A DNA stretch of 63,964 bases, filler included, from Saprolegnia diclina VS20 (GCF_000281045.1; 6 parts of 2 records of this genome joined end to end with filler, not necessarily neighbours in it), one strand, 5' to 3'. Shown: positions 26,076 to 39,610, counted from the whole stretch's first letter. Translations and numbers: made by a program. Notes: generated by a model not told the origin, from the letters alone.

Positions 26076-28302
26076 ATGGGGCTGGGAACGGAGGGAGACA
26101 TACTGCGCGAGTGCCACGGTCGGTCCGGCGCTTCAACGTGCATTTGGCTGTGCATATCTTCGCTCGCTTCGGCGTTGACTGNNNNNNNNNNNNNNNNNNN
26201 NNNNNNNNNNNNNNNNNNNNNNNNNNNNNNNNNNNNNNNNNNNNNNNNNNNNNNNNNNNNNNNNNNNNNNNNNNNNNNNNNNNNNNNNNNNNNNNNNNNN
26301 NNNNNNNNNNNNNNNNNNNNNNNNNNNNNNNNNNNNNNNNNNNNNNNNNNNNNNNNNNNNNNNNNNNNNNNNNNNNNNNNNNNNNNNNNNNNNNNNNNNN
26401 NNNNNNNNNNNNNNNNNNNNNNNNNNNNNNNNNNNNNNNNNNNNNNNNNNNNNNNNNNNNNNNNNNNNNNNNNNNNNNNNNNNNNNNNNNNNNNNNNAGT
26501 TGGTCGAAAATGAAGTATTTGGCAACGTCTGCGTTGGGCATCAAGTCGCTGCGCCATGGTGAATAAGACGACGTGGACGTGCAATGACAAAAAGACATGG
26601 GCTACCTCCGATCCGGTCGAGACCATAGAGTCGATCGAACTCTTGGCGCTCAACGTCACGACGAACCGCTTTCCGGCAGAGGGCTGCACTGCTGAAGGTG
26701 CACCGACGCTGAATGAGAAGTTGTTCGAGAAGGTGAAGAGGCTCAACGTGTACGATGCGTCCACTCATGTCGACACTGCGTCCTACTCACTTCTCTCTCG
26801 TGTAGGATCGAGTGGTCCATGCCGGGCTTTGATGGGAGTATGCTGCCGCCGATGCCCAACTTGAACGAGCTGTACGCCGTGCTTCGGACTTTGCACATGG
26901 ATGCTAGACGCTACGTAGGCACATCAACGCCCTTCAAGTCGACACAAATGTGAGCCTCTGCACGCTTGCCAACCTGACCACCGTCAATCTTGCCCAGCCA
27001 TCCAACACTGATGTCGTTGTGCATGTCCACGACAAGACTCAAGTACTTGCGGGATTAAAGCTGCAGAATCGAACGTGGACGAAGAAGCTGTGCCCCCTCG
27101 AGACAGCGCAAACGCCCAATCTAACCACAGTCGGTCCAGCACCCTCGCCAGTAGTCCCGGAAGGGTCATCGACGCCCCTGTCGGTCGATCCAACAAAACC
27201 TCCGCCTGCTCCGGCGTCGTCGTCCAGCAGTGGCACAACCATCGGGCTCGCGGTGGGCTTCTCGGCAATCGCACTCCTTCTCGCGGCCATCATCTTTGTC
27301 CGGCGCCGCCGCCGGTCGTCGTCAAAGGACGATGCCAACGCGTACCACGAGTTCCAAGATCGTACGCTCATCGCTGGTGGTAGCCACGAATCGATCGTGA
27401 TGGACCCGCCCGTCTCGGCCTCGGCGCCGCGCAGCAAGCTCCAAGACCACCCGGTGCTTAAGGCGCACTGGCGCGCCGACCTCATGGACGCCAAGAGGAC
27501 GGTCATGCGTGGCAGCCACGACATGCTTTGGTGTCGCGACGCGTCCGGCGCCAAGCTCGCGCTCAAGTCGCTCGACCTCACGACGGCCAACTCTGCGGTG
27601 CAGACGGCGTTCGTCGCTGGCTTCCAGCGCATCTCGTCGTTGCAGCACAACCACCTTGGCCGCGTCCTTGGTGTATCGGTCGTCAACTACGACGCAGCGC
27701 TCGTCCTTGCCACGCCGTACTGTGAAAAGGGCGCGCTGAGCTCTGTCCTCCATGACGTCAAGGTCGAGCTCGACACAGCGGCGTCGCTTGTGATCTGTCG
27801 CCACGTCACCCTCGGCCTGCAGTACCTTCACGCCCAGGGCTGCGTCTATGGCCGCGTCTCGACAAGCAAGGTGCTCCTCGACGAGCACTTGAGCGCGTCG
27901 CTCAACATTTTCGCGCTTCTGGCGCCGATCCACGCGCGGTCCTATGCCCCGGAAACCTCGTTTGGCGCCTTTGCACTCGCTGCCACCGCGCCCGAGCTCC
28001 TCATGTACCAGAGCGGACACTCGCCTGCCAGCGACGTCTACGCCCTCGGCATGCTGCTCGGGGAAGTCTTCATGCGCGTCCGACCGTACGCCGCGCAGCA
28101 GCAGACGCTCGGCCTCGTCGGCGCCGACCTCGAGCTTCTGCGTCAAGTCAAGAAGGGCCGCCGGCCGCCGTTCCCGTTCGATGAAAAGGCGCTCACAGCC
28201 GCAACGTCGGCTGCCTTTGTGGCGCTTATCAAGGCGTGCTTGCACCTAAACCCGAGCAAGCGCCCGACCATCGACGACGTGGTCGCGCGGCTGCGGCTCT
28301 AA
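26076..28302 (+). CDS. Receptor-like TKL pseudokinase 3 (spans gap)
   Basis: TM IGLAVGFSAIALLLAAIIFV, LQHNHLGRVLG, YCEKGAL, APE, SDVYALG, KRPTI. Confidence 0.8.
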
Positions 28303-28869
28303 GCCTTCGATACACCTAATTGATATACATGTATTAGCCTCGATACTGTAGTACCCAAAGAAGCCTGCTTGCATGCCCTGTCCCTGGAGGACCATGATGC
28401 TAGTAGGTCGCTTGGAGCTGTCGCTTGGCCGTGTGTGTCTCTGTCGCTGCGCCATCGCGATCTGCGTGTTTTGGCGCGACTGGAATCAGACGGCGTTGAA
28501 GGCGACCTGCACCGTGGGACGACCACTGTGGCTGCGTCGTTATCGAACATCGGGTCCAACACGCAGGCCATCCAATCGTTCGAGGATCGAGGTGGCGTCT
28601 GATATCACACACGCCGCCGCAGAGTGGCACGGCGCTGCGTCATGGGCGTGGAGCGGGTGGGCGCCAGCGGGAGAACCCTCGTCCATCGGTTTAGATACCG
28701 TCGTCGCGACACGTACGCGGGTGTAATACATCGATCAAGGATCTCGTCGTCGCCGGTATCTTTGGCGTCCTCGCTTCCGTGCGCCCGTGTTGCAGCCGGC
28801 GTCGCCTCGCCGGGACCGCTATCGCCGCCCGCCATGCTCGCTGCCACGTAGCGCCGGCCACGCCCCGCA

Positions 28870-29243
28870 TGGTGCTGCACCTGGATGAGCCGCTTGCCCA
28901 TCCTCGGGCGCCGGCGGCAACGCGCTGCTGGCCGTCATGCGACGGAGATCCCACGGGATGGGACACTTCCTGGCGTCATACGGATACGCTGCCAAATTAT
29001 CCGGAGGTGAGTGAAACGTTGCCGGAAGCGGATGATTTCTCCATTTCCGCGATCGACCGAGCGCCCGCGATGGCCGTCCGTCTCTGGGCGACGTCCGAGG
29101 ACCTCGGCGCCATGAACCCGGACCTCGCTTGGTACATGACGATAGAAGGCGGCTTCTTCTACGCGGTGCATGCGTCGGAACCCGGGTACTCCCTGGAGCA
29201 GCTCAAGCAGCTCTTGCGGCCCGTCCTGTCCCTGCGCATGTAG
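28870..29243 (+). CDS. Orphan ORF or gene fragment inside the kinase array
   Basis: Open frame with protein-like composition; no recognisable motif. Confidence 0.3.
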
Positions 29244-29277
29244 GCTCGAGCTGCGACGACGTGCCAAGTCACCCAAC

Positions 29278-31180
29278 ATGCATAGGACCTTCCTCGCCAC
29301 TATCGATGCCATCTCGCCGTTTACGCTACCAACGACGCTCTTCCCGCGTCTCCGTCATGCGTATGTAGCGATGGCGACGACTTGTCCGGACTCATGCCAT
29401 GTAGCGAGTTTGTCAACGTCTCGAGCGCTGCACTCCTTGCACCGTTTACAAACAATGGCGCGATCAGTAGCATGTACGTGCAGCGACCCTTCTCGAACAT
29501 GCAACCGATCGTGGTCCAGGCAGATCGCCGACTCGAACTTGCCAGCGCTCGACCTCTCGCGCTATACCAACCTCTCGACCCTGTATGTACACAACTGGGT
29601 ATCGCCACGCATCTCATGCGACTGCACGTAGCACCCTCATCACCGTTCGATGCGATGCTTCCCCGATCGTATTACCGACGTCCTTGGCGCCGCCCCGTCT
29701 CGCCATGTACGTGTTGCCGCATTCGCCCTTTCACCAGCGTCGATTGAACCGCTGGTACAACTAGCAACATGACCTCGTCCAACGCTCACTTCGCCTCCCT
29801 TGGCGTCGCACGGGCGTACGCTCTCAACATGTAGCCCTTCTTGCACTCTCTGATGCGACCAAATGTGCTCACGGCGTCATCTGCTGTAGCACCACCGACT
29901 CGGTGGACAACTGCCGGGCACTTCAACGCACGTCGTTCGAGCCGAGTACAACCACACCCCGATGCCTTTGTGTCAACACCACCCTCGTGTGTCCCACAAC
30001 CCCTACGATCCCGACACCCCCGACGATTGCCTTGCCGACAAGTGGAAGCGCGTCGTCGCTGCCATCAACTGCCGTCGCCTCGGCCCTCTCGACGGGCGCG
30101 ATCGTTGGTGTCGTTCTCGGAGCGCTTGTGTTTCTCTGTCTTCTCATCAGCCTCGCGCTCTACTATCGGCGGCAGCACAAGACGCTCAAGGCGCACGTGT
30201 GGGCATCAAACTCGAACCCGTCGTCGCCGAACGAGGCGTACCTCGAGGTCCGGTCGCCGCACCAGCGCGTCATCTCGCTCGTCGCGTCGCTGCCAGACCC
30301 GTGTCAAGTCTTTCGCGACGCCTTCCCGGACTTTACACTGCCGCTCGAGAAGGAAAAGACGTCCAAATTGGCCACGAGCCGGTCCATGCGGCTCTGTTAT
30401 AGCAACGGCGCCAAGCTCGCGCTCTTCCCGATCAAGGTCACCGCGTCCGACAAGGCTGCCTTTATCCAGCGCGTGCAAATGCTCCGAGATCTCCCACCCC
30501 ACCGCCACCTCGTGGCGCTTCTCGGTGTCTCGGTCATCAACTTCCGCACCGAGTTTGCGGTCGCCGTCCAGTTTGCCGATCGCGGCAGTTTAGCGCATGC
30601 GCTGCACCATGGACCGCCCGTGCCCGCACCACTCGAAATGGCCCATGGCATTGCATCCGGTCTCGCCGCGCTGCATGCGCAGACCGTGTGCTTTGACGGG
30701 CTCACGCCCCATCGCGTGCTCGTGGACAAGGCGTTCACATGCCTCCTGGATACACTCCACCTGCTCCGCACGCCGCACCACCACCACAATGCCCTTGTGT
30801 CATTTGGATCGGACAACATGGCCTACATGGCCCCCGAGGTGCTGCGGGGCGAGCCTACGACAGTCGCGGCCGATGTCTATGCGCTGGGCATGCTCCTCGG
30901 CGAAATTTGGACGCGGACACGACCGTACACCGCGCTCCTGACCGGCCACGGCTTTGTGCACTGCGATATGGTGCTGCTCGCCGCTGCCCGCGACCATGTG
31001 CGTGTGCCTCCGTTCGACATGGTCTCGCACGCCGGCGTTGCTGCGGTCGTTGCCATGTGCACGGTCGACGACGTCACCGCGCGGCCGACTGCCGAGGGCG
31101 TCGCCGATGTGCTAGTCGACCTCGTCCGTGCGTCCGAAGCGTCGTCGTCGCGTCTGTCATCGTCGCCGCATCAACTATAG
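29278..31180 (+). CDS. Receptor-like TKL pseudokinase 4 (multi-exon; start uncertain)
   Basis: TM IVGVVLGALVFLCLLISLALYY, HRHLVALLG, FADRGSL, YMAPE, DVYALG, ARPT. Confidence 0.78.
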
Positions 31181-31706
31181 TCTGCTACTCTTAATCGTAT
31201 CGTCGTCTCCCGTGCGTCGCCTCGTGTCCCGCTCTCGCAGCGACAGGAGCCCTCGCTGGCGTCGTAGTCGAGCACGCCGCAGGCCTTGACGCAACCTCGC
31301 ATGTCTACGATGGACACCCTGCGCCATGTTGCGTCCATGGCAGCCGTATGGTGAGTGTCGCCATGTGGCCATGCTGCTGTCGTCGGTCACCATGGCGTCG
31401 ATGAGCGCCCTTGGTCGGACGACGTCGGTCGTTCTGTAGAGTTACTGCCTTGACGCATGGCGGGTCGAGCTTGCGCGCCGTGCGTTCGCGTCCAACGATG
31501 CGGTCGCTTGACGGCAAATGCACTGCGAACACCCAACGCGCCGACGTTTCTTTGGCGCGGCGCTGGCACCTGCGTCGCACGGGGTTACTGGCTCTTCTCT
31601 GTACAGTACGGGACCTTGTGCAAAATAAAAAGCCGACCGGCGCACCCAACACGCCGACAGTGTCCCATCCCGATCCGCTTGCCGTCAGAAGCGAATCGAT
31701 CGGACG

Positions 31707-32279
31707 ATGGCGGCAACTCCTCTTGGCCGATTGGGTAGCAGTAGTACGGCGGCGCAGACACGCAGCGCGTGCCCGCGCGACCGGTGGCTCCCCGACAGTG
31801 CGCGCTCCCACTGCAGCTGCTGCGGCAAGGCCTTTGCGCTCCTGCGACGGCGCCACCACTGCCGCGTCTGCGGCGACATTGTGTGCGGCAAGTGCACGAC
31901 CCGCGTCCTGTTGCGGGACTGCGCCATGCGCGCAGGCAAGTCGTGCGTCGCCTGCGCAATCGTGACCGACACGAACGACATGCTCGACTTGGCCGCCGGC
32001 ATGGAGAAGCGCCCGACGTGCCCGATGTTTGTCGACCTCTTGCCGTCGAGAAAGTGGAAGGACGTGCACAAGGAAGTCGCCCACCGCGCGTGCTCGATCT
32101 GCCTCGACGACTACCGCGGCCTCGACAGCGTGACCTCGCTGCCCTGCCACCACGCGTTCCACACCAAGTGCATCACGCCGTGGCTGGCTACCAACGACGA
32201 GTGTCCAATGTGCAGGTACACGCTGCCGCGCGACGTGTGCTTTACGCGCTCGGACGCGCTCTTTGTCGCGTCCGAGTAG
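31707..32279 (+). CDS. FYVE + RING-H2 protein (endosomal E3 ligase-like)
   Basis: WLPD..CSCC..RRRHHCRVCG..C..C FYVE; CSICLDD..LPCHHAFH..C...W.....CPMCR RING-H2. Confidence 0.9.
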   Translation: MAATPLGRLGSSSTAAQTRSACPRDRWLPDSARSHCSCCGKAFALLRRRHHCRVCGDIVCGKCTTRVLLRDCAMRAGKSCVACAIVTDTNDMLDLAAGMEKRPTCPMFVDLLPSRKWKDVHKEVAHRACSICLDDYRGLDSVTSLPCHHAFHTKCITPWLATNDECPMCRYTLPRDVCFTRSDALFVASE

Positions 32280-32282
32280 CCT

Positions 32283-33016
32283 TTATAGTATACTAGTTGT
32301 TAGTGTTTCCTTCATCTGAGTCACGGGCTGGACGAGCGAGAGCCAAGCGAGAAGCGTCGCCAGAGGCGAGGAGGCTGTCGGTCGAGTCGCGAGGAGGAGC
32401 TTGAGGCAGCTCGCCGTCTCGCACGGATGCAGCATGTAGCACGGTGTGCTAAGCACCGGATGCTCGTCTTGGCTGATGAAATGGTCCACGTTGATGATCG
32501 ACGTGCACCGATTTGCGGCCGCATGCACCTGCGCGCGCACGGTCGACGTCGGAACGGGCCGCCCATCTGCATCAACCACATCGCAACATGGGATGGATGC
32601 GCAGGCGCGTTGGCGTACCTGGCGTCGTCGCGCGTAGGTAGAGCGTCGGCGCTGCGTACGTGAGGCTGTACACGACGTGGTAGTCGACCAGGACTTTGTC
32701 GGTCGGTTGTGGCGCAAGGGCGACGTCGTCGTCGTCATCACTGGCGCTATCGTGTACATCCACAGCATGCACAGGCGCTACGCAGTGGCGAACGTTGTTG
32801 GCCGAGACGAGGAAGCCCCAGCCTGGCAAGATACGCTACACGGCCATGAGCGTCATCGAGAAGCGTGTGACGTACGTGCAGCGCATGGCCTGCCGGAGCG
32901 TTCTCCCATCGCCAATTCGAGCTGCTATGAAGGTCATGGTCGTCGGCGTGGAGGCGCTGCTGGAGGCTAACGAGAGCGTCGGCGCCGGCGCGGAACTCGG
33001 CCCATGTCATTGCCAT
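32283..33016 (-). CDS. ATG10: Autophagy E2-like conjugating enzyme Atg10 (multi-exon)
   Basis: DYHVVYSLTYAAPTLYL, ISQDEHPVL..CYMLHPCET, LLAWLSLV. Confidence 0.85.
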
Positions 33017-33119
33017 GCGGATACGCAGTCAAATCTAGGGAACTGAAAATCATGCAAGTCCATACAAATATTAAGATGGATTAAAATGTGTAAAATAATA
33101 CCAGATCGGCTTGAAGACG

Positions 33120-36100
33120 ATGGCAGCTCCGATCGCAGCCGAGGGCGACGGTCGCCCGGCGCTGAGCGTCTTCCATACGCGCCGGCTCCTGCAGGTGATC
33201 GAGCTGCCGCTCGACAACTCGGACGAGACCAACGTCATCAGTGGCTTTGCGTCGCGCTGTGCGGAGAAGAAGCAGTTCCAGGCCTTCTACTGCGCGGACA
33301 AGACGCTCCTTCTCCGGTCGCTCGAGGAAGATCTGCACCCGCGCTTTTGGCGCGTGCCATGGAACCTCGCGCTCGACCGCATCGCGCAAGCCTCGCCCTT
33401 CTTCTCGACGGCAGCGCCGACGCTGCTCCAGGGCCCGCCGAGCTCGTCGTCGTCCTTTGGCATAAGCCTCCCCAACCCGCTCTCGTTTGGCGACGAGATG
33501 CCCTTTGCGTCGACCTCGTCGCTGCCGCCCCACTCGGCGTCGTCGACGCAGTCGGCCGCGAGCTACGCGACAAATGGGCAGCAGGTCGTCGCGCTCGAGT
33601 TCTCGCCCGAAGGCGACTGGCTCGTGGTCGTAGTCGCGTGGGGGCACAAGATGTTCCTCCTCCTCCTTCCCGTCGCCGCGCTCGTCGCCCGCGAGCGCAA
33701 GCTCACGCTCCAGGTATGCATTTGTCGCTATCCATCGCACCCTCAACCTGCACGCCGACCAGATGCATCTCAAGGACGTGGCACCCGGCGATCTCATGAG
33801 CGTTGCGCCGAGCCCCATGGCGACGCAGGTAGATATCCACCTCGAATGCATCTGCTGCATATGCTCCTTAGATGATGTCGTACCTCCGTGCGCACGGGCA
33901 CAACGGCGCCAAGTACAAGTCGACGGTCGCGGGCGACGCCGAGGACTTGAGCACTCTGGAGTTTTCGACGGGCATGACGACGCCGACGTGCGTCGTGTGG
34001 TGGCGGTCGTTCAACGGCAACAACTACGTGCTTGTCGGGTCGAGCAGCGACCTCATCTCGATCGTCCACGTGGCGACCAACCAAGAGACGTGTCGCTGCG
34101 AGCTCTCGGGTCAGCCGATCTTTTTTTGTATCAACGTATCAACTCTCAATCTCTCCATAGGCAAAATCCTCTCGATGGACCTGGTCCACGACGAGGAAAA
34201 TGCGACGACGCTTCTCGTCGCCACGCGCAAGCACAAAAGCGTGCAGTACTACAAGGTGCTCCTCGAGCGCCGGGCGAGTGACGGCGCTGTGTGGACGTTC
34301 CCCGAACACTTTTTGGACGACAAGTCCTTCCGCCCGCAGCGCCTCAAGCAGTACCAAGACGCGTCCTTGCTTGTGGTCAAGGACCTCTTTGCGCGCTCGT
34401 CGGGGCTCGTGGCCTTGGACGCCAAGGCGCAGACGATCACGACGTTCGCCGACTTGACCTGGCGCCACGAAGCCAACTATGCGCTGCCGACACTCAACAT
34501 GTCGGACCCGCGTCTCGTGTACTGCTCGTCGCAACTGCTGCTCCTTCAGGGTAATACGCACGATGCCCAAGCGCTCGCTGTATGGATCTCCCGCCCGTCG
34601 CGCGACGAAGGTACGCGATTCGAGTCTGCCGTATCTGTGTGGACAACTTGTCGTCTGACCAAGCGTGATGTAGGAAGTAGCTCGGTGCAGGCTGCGCGGG
34701 TCGTGCACACGCTCAAACTGCGCCAAGACGAGTGCGTGCGGCGGGTCGTGCCTGGGAAAAGCCTTGGTGGCGACGAACTGCTCTTTTTTGTGCATACCGA
34801 CCACCAAGTATACCCGTTCCTTTTGCAATAGTTGAATACTACTACTACTGTGTAGGTCTACGAGTGCCGGCCAAAATGGTCCCGTCTCTCGCTCTTTGAA
34901 GCGCTGCTTGAGCGCTCGATCCACGTCCAGGATGCCGTGTACATTGGCTACTCGATGGGCATCGACATGGCGTCGCTCTGGTCTGGCGACGCGGCGACAC
35001 TATATCGAGTTCTGACAGCACTTGCCGTCTAGTGAGGTGGTCGCCGACACGATCTGCGCCCGCGAGCCAAGCAAGGCGATCTCGCGCAACAGCTGCGAGT
35101 GGATCATGCGCCTCTACGCCTACTCGCGCGTCTTGCCGTCGAAAGCGGTCGAGAAGCTCGTGCTCCACGGCGGTCTAGTCAACGCGATCGAGTACACCCG
35201 CGACGTTCTTCTGCGACCGGTTTCCTCTGCTTCTATACCTCGATACACGTTCCTGTCCTCATCGTCACGTAGGGCGATGCAACGTCGCATGTCGAGCGCC
35301 GAGTTCTCAGCAACGTGCTCGTGCATTCTGCCCTCCGACTCCTCGCGGAGCAAGTAGGGCGTTCTCTCTGCTTTCGATTGGTCTTCTGATGGGTGCACCT
35401 AGTTGCCAACGTCGACAAGCAGTGTGACGTGGCCTTGGCTGCTCGATTTTCTCGAATCCAACGCCGACTTTGAGACGGACGTGGCGCTGGCGGCGTGCGC
35501 CACTCACGACGCCGTCGACGCAGTGCTGCACGTCGCGATTGCACGCCACGCGATTCTCGCGGGGCTTCTCGCGCTCCAGTCGGCCGGCTTGGAGCTTTCG
35601 GGCGAGCACGTACGAGGATATGGTATGCATGATGCGTCTTATCGACTCGCCGTACTGTAGGTGTCCATGCTCTTGGAGAAGGGCCAGGCCGCTGCGCTCG
35701 TGCACGGCGCCGTGCGTGGTGTGCTTCGCCGGCTCCCGCTGCGGACGCAGATCCACGTCATGTGCCAAGCGCCGAGCAGCTTGGTGGCGCAGCGCGACTG
35801 GCTCCTTCGGACGCTTCCGACCCTCGACGAGGCAAGCGTCGTGGCGATCGCGACGGTGCTGGACCCGCGCACGGTCGCGACCAAAGCCGCCCCGACGCCC
35901 TTGGTCGATATGACGGCATACAATGAGTGGGTCAGTGACGTGGCGTCGTCCGAGCGCATGTTGGCTTCGAAAGAAGAGAAAATCGAGCTCTTTTTGACAG
36001 TGCTCCTGCGCTTGAACGCCGACGAGCTCAACGACAAGTCACCGCGCTTGCCCACGGACGCATTCTCGCAGGTCGGATTGGAGCGGTTGCTGCGGGCGTG

Positions 36101-37098
36101 GGCGACGCAGTACCGCCCGCCGTACCTCGTGCTGCGCTGCGTCGACTATGCAAACTGGGCTGCGGCCGCCGTCTTGTACGAAGCCCACGGCGAGTGGGTG
36201 GATGCGATCGAGTGCAAGCTCCAGCAGCACGACCTCCAGCAGTAGGAACATTCATATTGTGAGTTGCGTGGTCTTAGCCCATAAGTAGGAAGACGACGCT
36301 AACACCCTCGAGCGCCGACGAGCTCACGCATCTGTTGATGTCGCTGGTGGTGCCGGTGCCAACGCCCGAGCTGCCGTTGCCCACGAAACTCTCGCTGCTC
36401 TCGCGCATCCTCGTGCAGTGGTTTGCCTCGGGGCACACTACGTCAGAGCTGGAAGCGTTCCTGCAGCACCCCGACCACGACGGTAGCCTTCTCCTTCTTG
36501 GAAGGGGAGTAAGAACAGAGTGCTTGGCATAGGACACGTCGGGGGGCTCGTAGCGCGGATCCTCTTCTCGTCGGACGTGGCGTCGGACTTTGCCGAGCGG
36601 GACGTGCAGTGGGTCACCGAGTGCCAAAAGCTACCGTTCACGGGCGCATATGTGTTTCACTTATGCGCGCAGCAGCTGCCCGCGTATGACGTGGCGTCGC
36701 TCGCATCGACGACCGACATGCTATTGGCCAACATTGAACGCAACAGCGACGAGATCCCGCTCTTGCAGCTGAGTCGTCAAGCGACGTTAGGTCTTGACGA
36801 CCCAATCGAGACGCACGCCAAAGTCTTTACGTGCGGCCACGCGTACCCCAAGCGCGTCTACGACGACGACGTCCTCCTCGTGTTTGAGAAGCGCATGGCG
36901 AGCTTGCCGGCGCTCCGACACACGACGCGCGTGCTCCTGGACGAGTACCGCCAGCCCGGGATCGTTGAAGCGCCGTGTCCTGTCTGCGCCTTTGCCCGCA
37001 TGCAGGCGCTGGTGGCGCAGCAGCAGACGACCGCAGCGATCACGCGCGAACCGCCCCGCGTCCGGATCGCGACCGTGGATCAGTGGACGTGGAAGTAA
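33120..37098 (+). CDS. Large multi-exon protein: beta-propeller-like N-terminus, helical middle, C-terminal Zn finger (HOPS/CORVET-subunit-like architecture)
   Basis: LEFSPEGDWLVVV and PTCVVWW beta-repeats; C-terminal FTCGHAY...CPVC. Confidence 0.65.
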
Positions 37099-39610
37099 GC
37101 CAAGACAACGACGATGCCTGAACGAGTCAGCAGCAGCGTCCTCATGGGCGCTGGAACGAAGGAGGCTTGTTGTGTCTTGTGTGGTGTACCAGCCGAGGCG
37201 AGGATCGCCTAATAGGAGCGAGCATGCACCAACGGACGCGACGACGCCAGACGAGTCGACGCATTGCACAGCAGAGGATAGGTCAAGGCAACTGCCATAC
37301 ATCCCGCATTAGTTGACATATGTTGGGCATGTAGGCGGTACCGAGAGCTGCGTTGGGGTCGTCATGTTGCTGCGCAGGCGTTGGAGCTCCGACCAAAGGA
37401 TTGGCGTCGTCCCATGGAGCTGTAGAAATGTCATTGCGAAGCCACGTTTGTGCAGAAGCAGAGTACAATTGTGTATCGTCTCGGTAAGCGTCATCCAGAT
37501 CCAGTGACATTGCTCGTTGGCTGACGCGGACTTGGGCGGTTCGGACACGTGGCGCTCTCCTGGACACCCCTGCTATTCGTCCTTGACGCGGATTGGTGGG
37601 ATTTTGCCTTGGATCTTTTTCGGCCCAAGCTTCAATTCTCGCTGCAAAAGCGTTGCCATTTATGAACGGTCCGTCGTCGTAGTCGATGTCTAATCGTACA
37701 TCAGTCGATACTGATGGAGTAAAACAAGAAGGATAAGAGGTCNNNNNNNNNNNNNNNNNNNNNNNNNNNNNNNNNNNNNNNNNNNNTTAATTAATTAANN
37801 NNNNNNNNNNNNNNNNNNNNNNNNNNNNNNNNNNNNNNNNNNAGTGGCAAAGCCTTATACGAGCGGGTTTAGGTTTAGCTTTGTAAATGGTCGATCGAAT
37901 TCAGTTTTCCTTTTGCCTCCAAGCTCAAGTGTCCAACAGCCAAGCTGTACTCGTGCGCATCACGTGGCACGTGTCCACCGGGGCCATGTGCATGAGTGAA
38001 AGACCGCCCGCGCCGAAAGAAAGCCATTACAGCCGTCCGATGATCGCGGGCATGCTGGAAAACCGAGCTCGAGGTTGGAGGCCACCCGTCGGACAAAAGC
38101 GTTGGGCGACAAGTCAAGAAGATGGTTGGCCGTAATCGCTTTGTGTCAAAGAATGTCTTCCTGCGGCGGCGCAAAATGGGTGTTTCGCGCCTGCAAGGAG
38201 TCGAAACGGACTTTTCAAGAGAAGGCGGCTCAGCGAAACCAACGACTGGTCGGCAGAGCCTAGCATTCTAGTTTTCGCTCTCCGCTAAGCAACCCGCCAC
38301 GCCTCACCCGAGGTGCAGCGGTAATGCAGGCCTCGCGCCCTTTTTCCCCCTGAGCGAAAAGCCACGTGAAATCAATCTTGGCGCGTTTGGCCGCCCGCGG
38401 CGCTCGACGGACTCGGAATAACGCAACCCCGGCGTGCGGCGCCCCGAAGAGGATGATCCAGCACGAGGTACGCTGCGGCGCCCGCGGCCTGAGCCGTCAG
38501 TCGCGCCCGAACCAAAAGCTGCGCGCTCGCTGCCATCGGAATTGCCGTCGTTGGACACGGAGCCTTCATTGATAGAGTCGTCGGCACTCCCCAAAAAGGA
38601 GTCGAGATCGGCATCACTGTCATTGCTGGAGTCGTCCGCGGCCTGGCGACCGACGAGTCGCGACCCCGCAGCAGCAGTGTCGTTGCGTCGGCCGTTGCCC
38701 CGGGAGGGCCGCTTCGGTGTGGACACCGCATCGCGGTCTCGGTGGCCACGGCGGCGCTCGGTGCTATTTTGGCGGACGCGGCGTCGCGGATTGACCGTTG
38801 TCGTGGCTTGACGCCGGCGACGCCATGGCGACACAAAACGAGGCACCGAGCTCCACGTCATCCGGGACCTCTTCGAGGTGGTCGCCGTCGACGTACAGTA
38901 ATAGTAACGGTTGATGACGTGGGAAAGTGTCGTACGGCGTCCATAGACCCAAACAGAATGACACGTAAAGCACAAACGCAGGGCTGGGGCACAGCGACGG
39001 TGACGAATTTTGGCTCTGATCACCGAGGGCTCATCGTCGGGGCCCGCCCAGCAACCTGCGCCGCGACAAATGCCGTCATAGAAGATCTCCACGGCACCTC
39101 GGGCCAACGGAAGGTTGCACCGATACTCTGACGAGAGAACGCTCTCATCACTGACCCCAATGTTGCCGGGCTGTTTTTGTTTTGGACAAAATGACAAACG
39201 TGGACGGAAATTCTGTTGAATTGTTTGGTTAACAAAAGTAAACTAGTTGATTTCATTAGGAAGAATGTCGGACCCGATAAGGACCGAGCGCGCCAGAGAG
39301 GTACGTCGGTCAGACATAATACGAGTTCGTTCTTGTGCCCCGATTTTGACAACTGAACAAGAGCATGGAGAGCCCAGAACAGATAACACGATAGCGGGGG
39401 GAGAATGTCCTGTGAAATACATCAAATACTAGAATGTATGAGCCACAAACGGTACCGCAACCACACGAAAAAGAGGTGGATACAGCTGAAGGATCAAGTT
39501 AATATCGCTGGTTTCAATAGTCGGTCTGTTCAAGGACCATAGCGAGTCGATGGTTCGCACGACAAGGACGTTTGGATCCAGCAAGCATACACAATATGGA
39601 ATTCGTTTTG

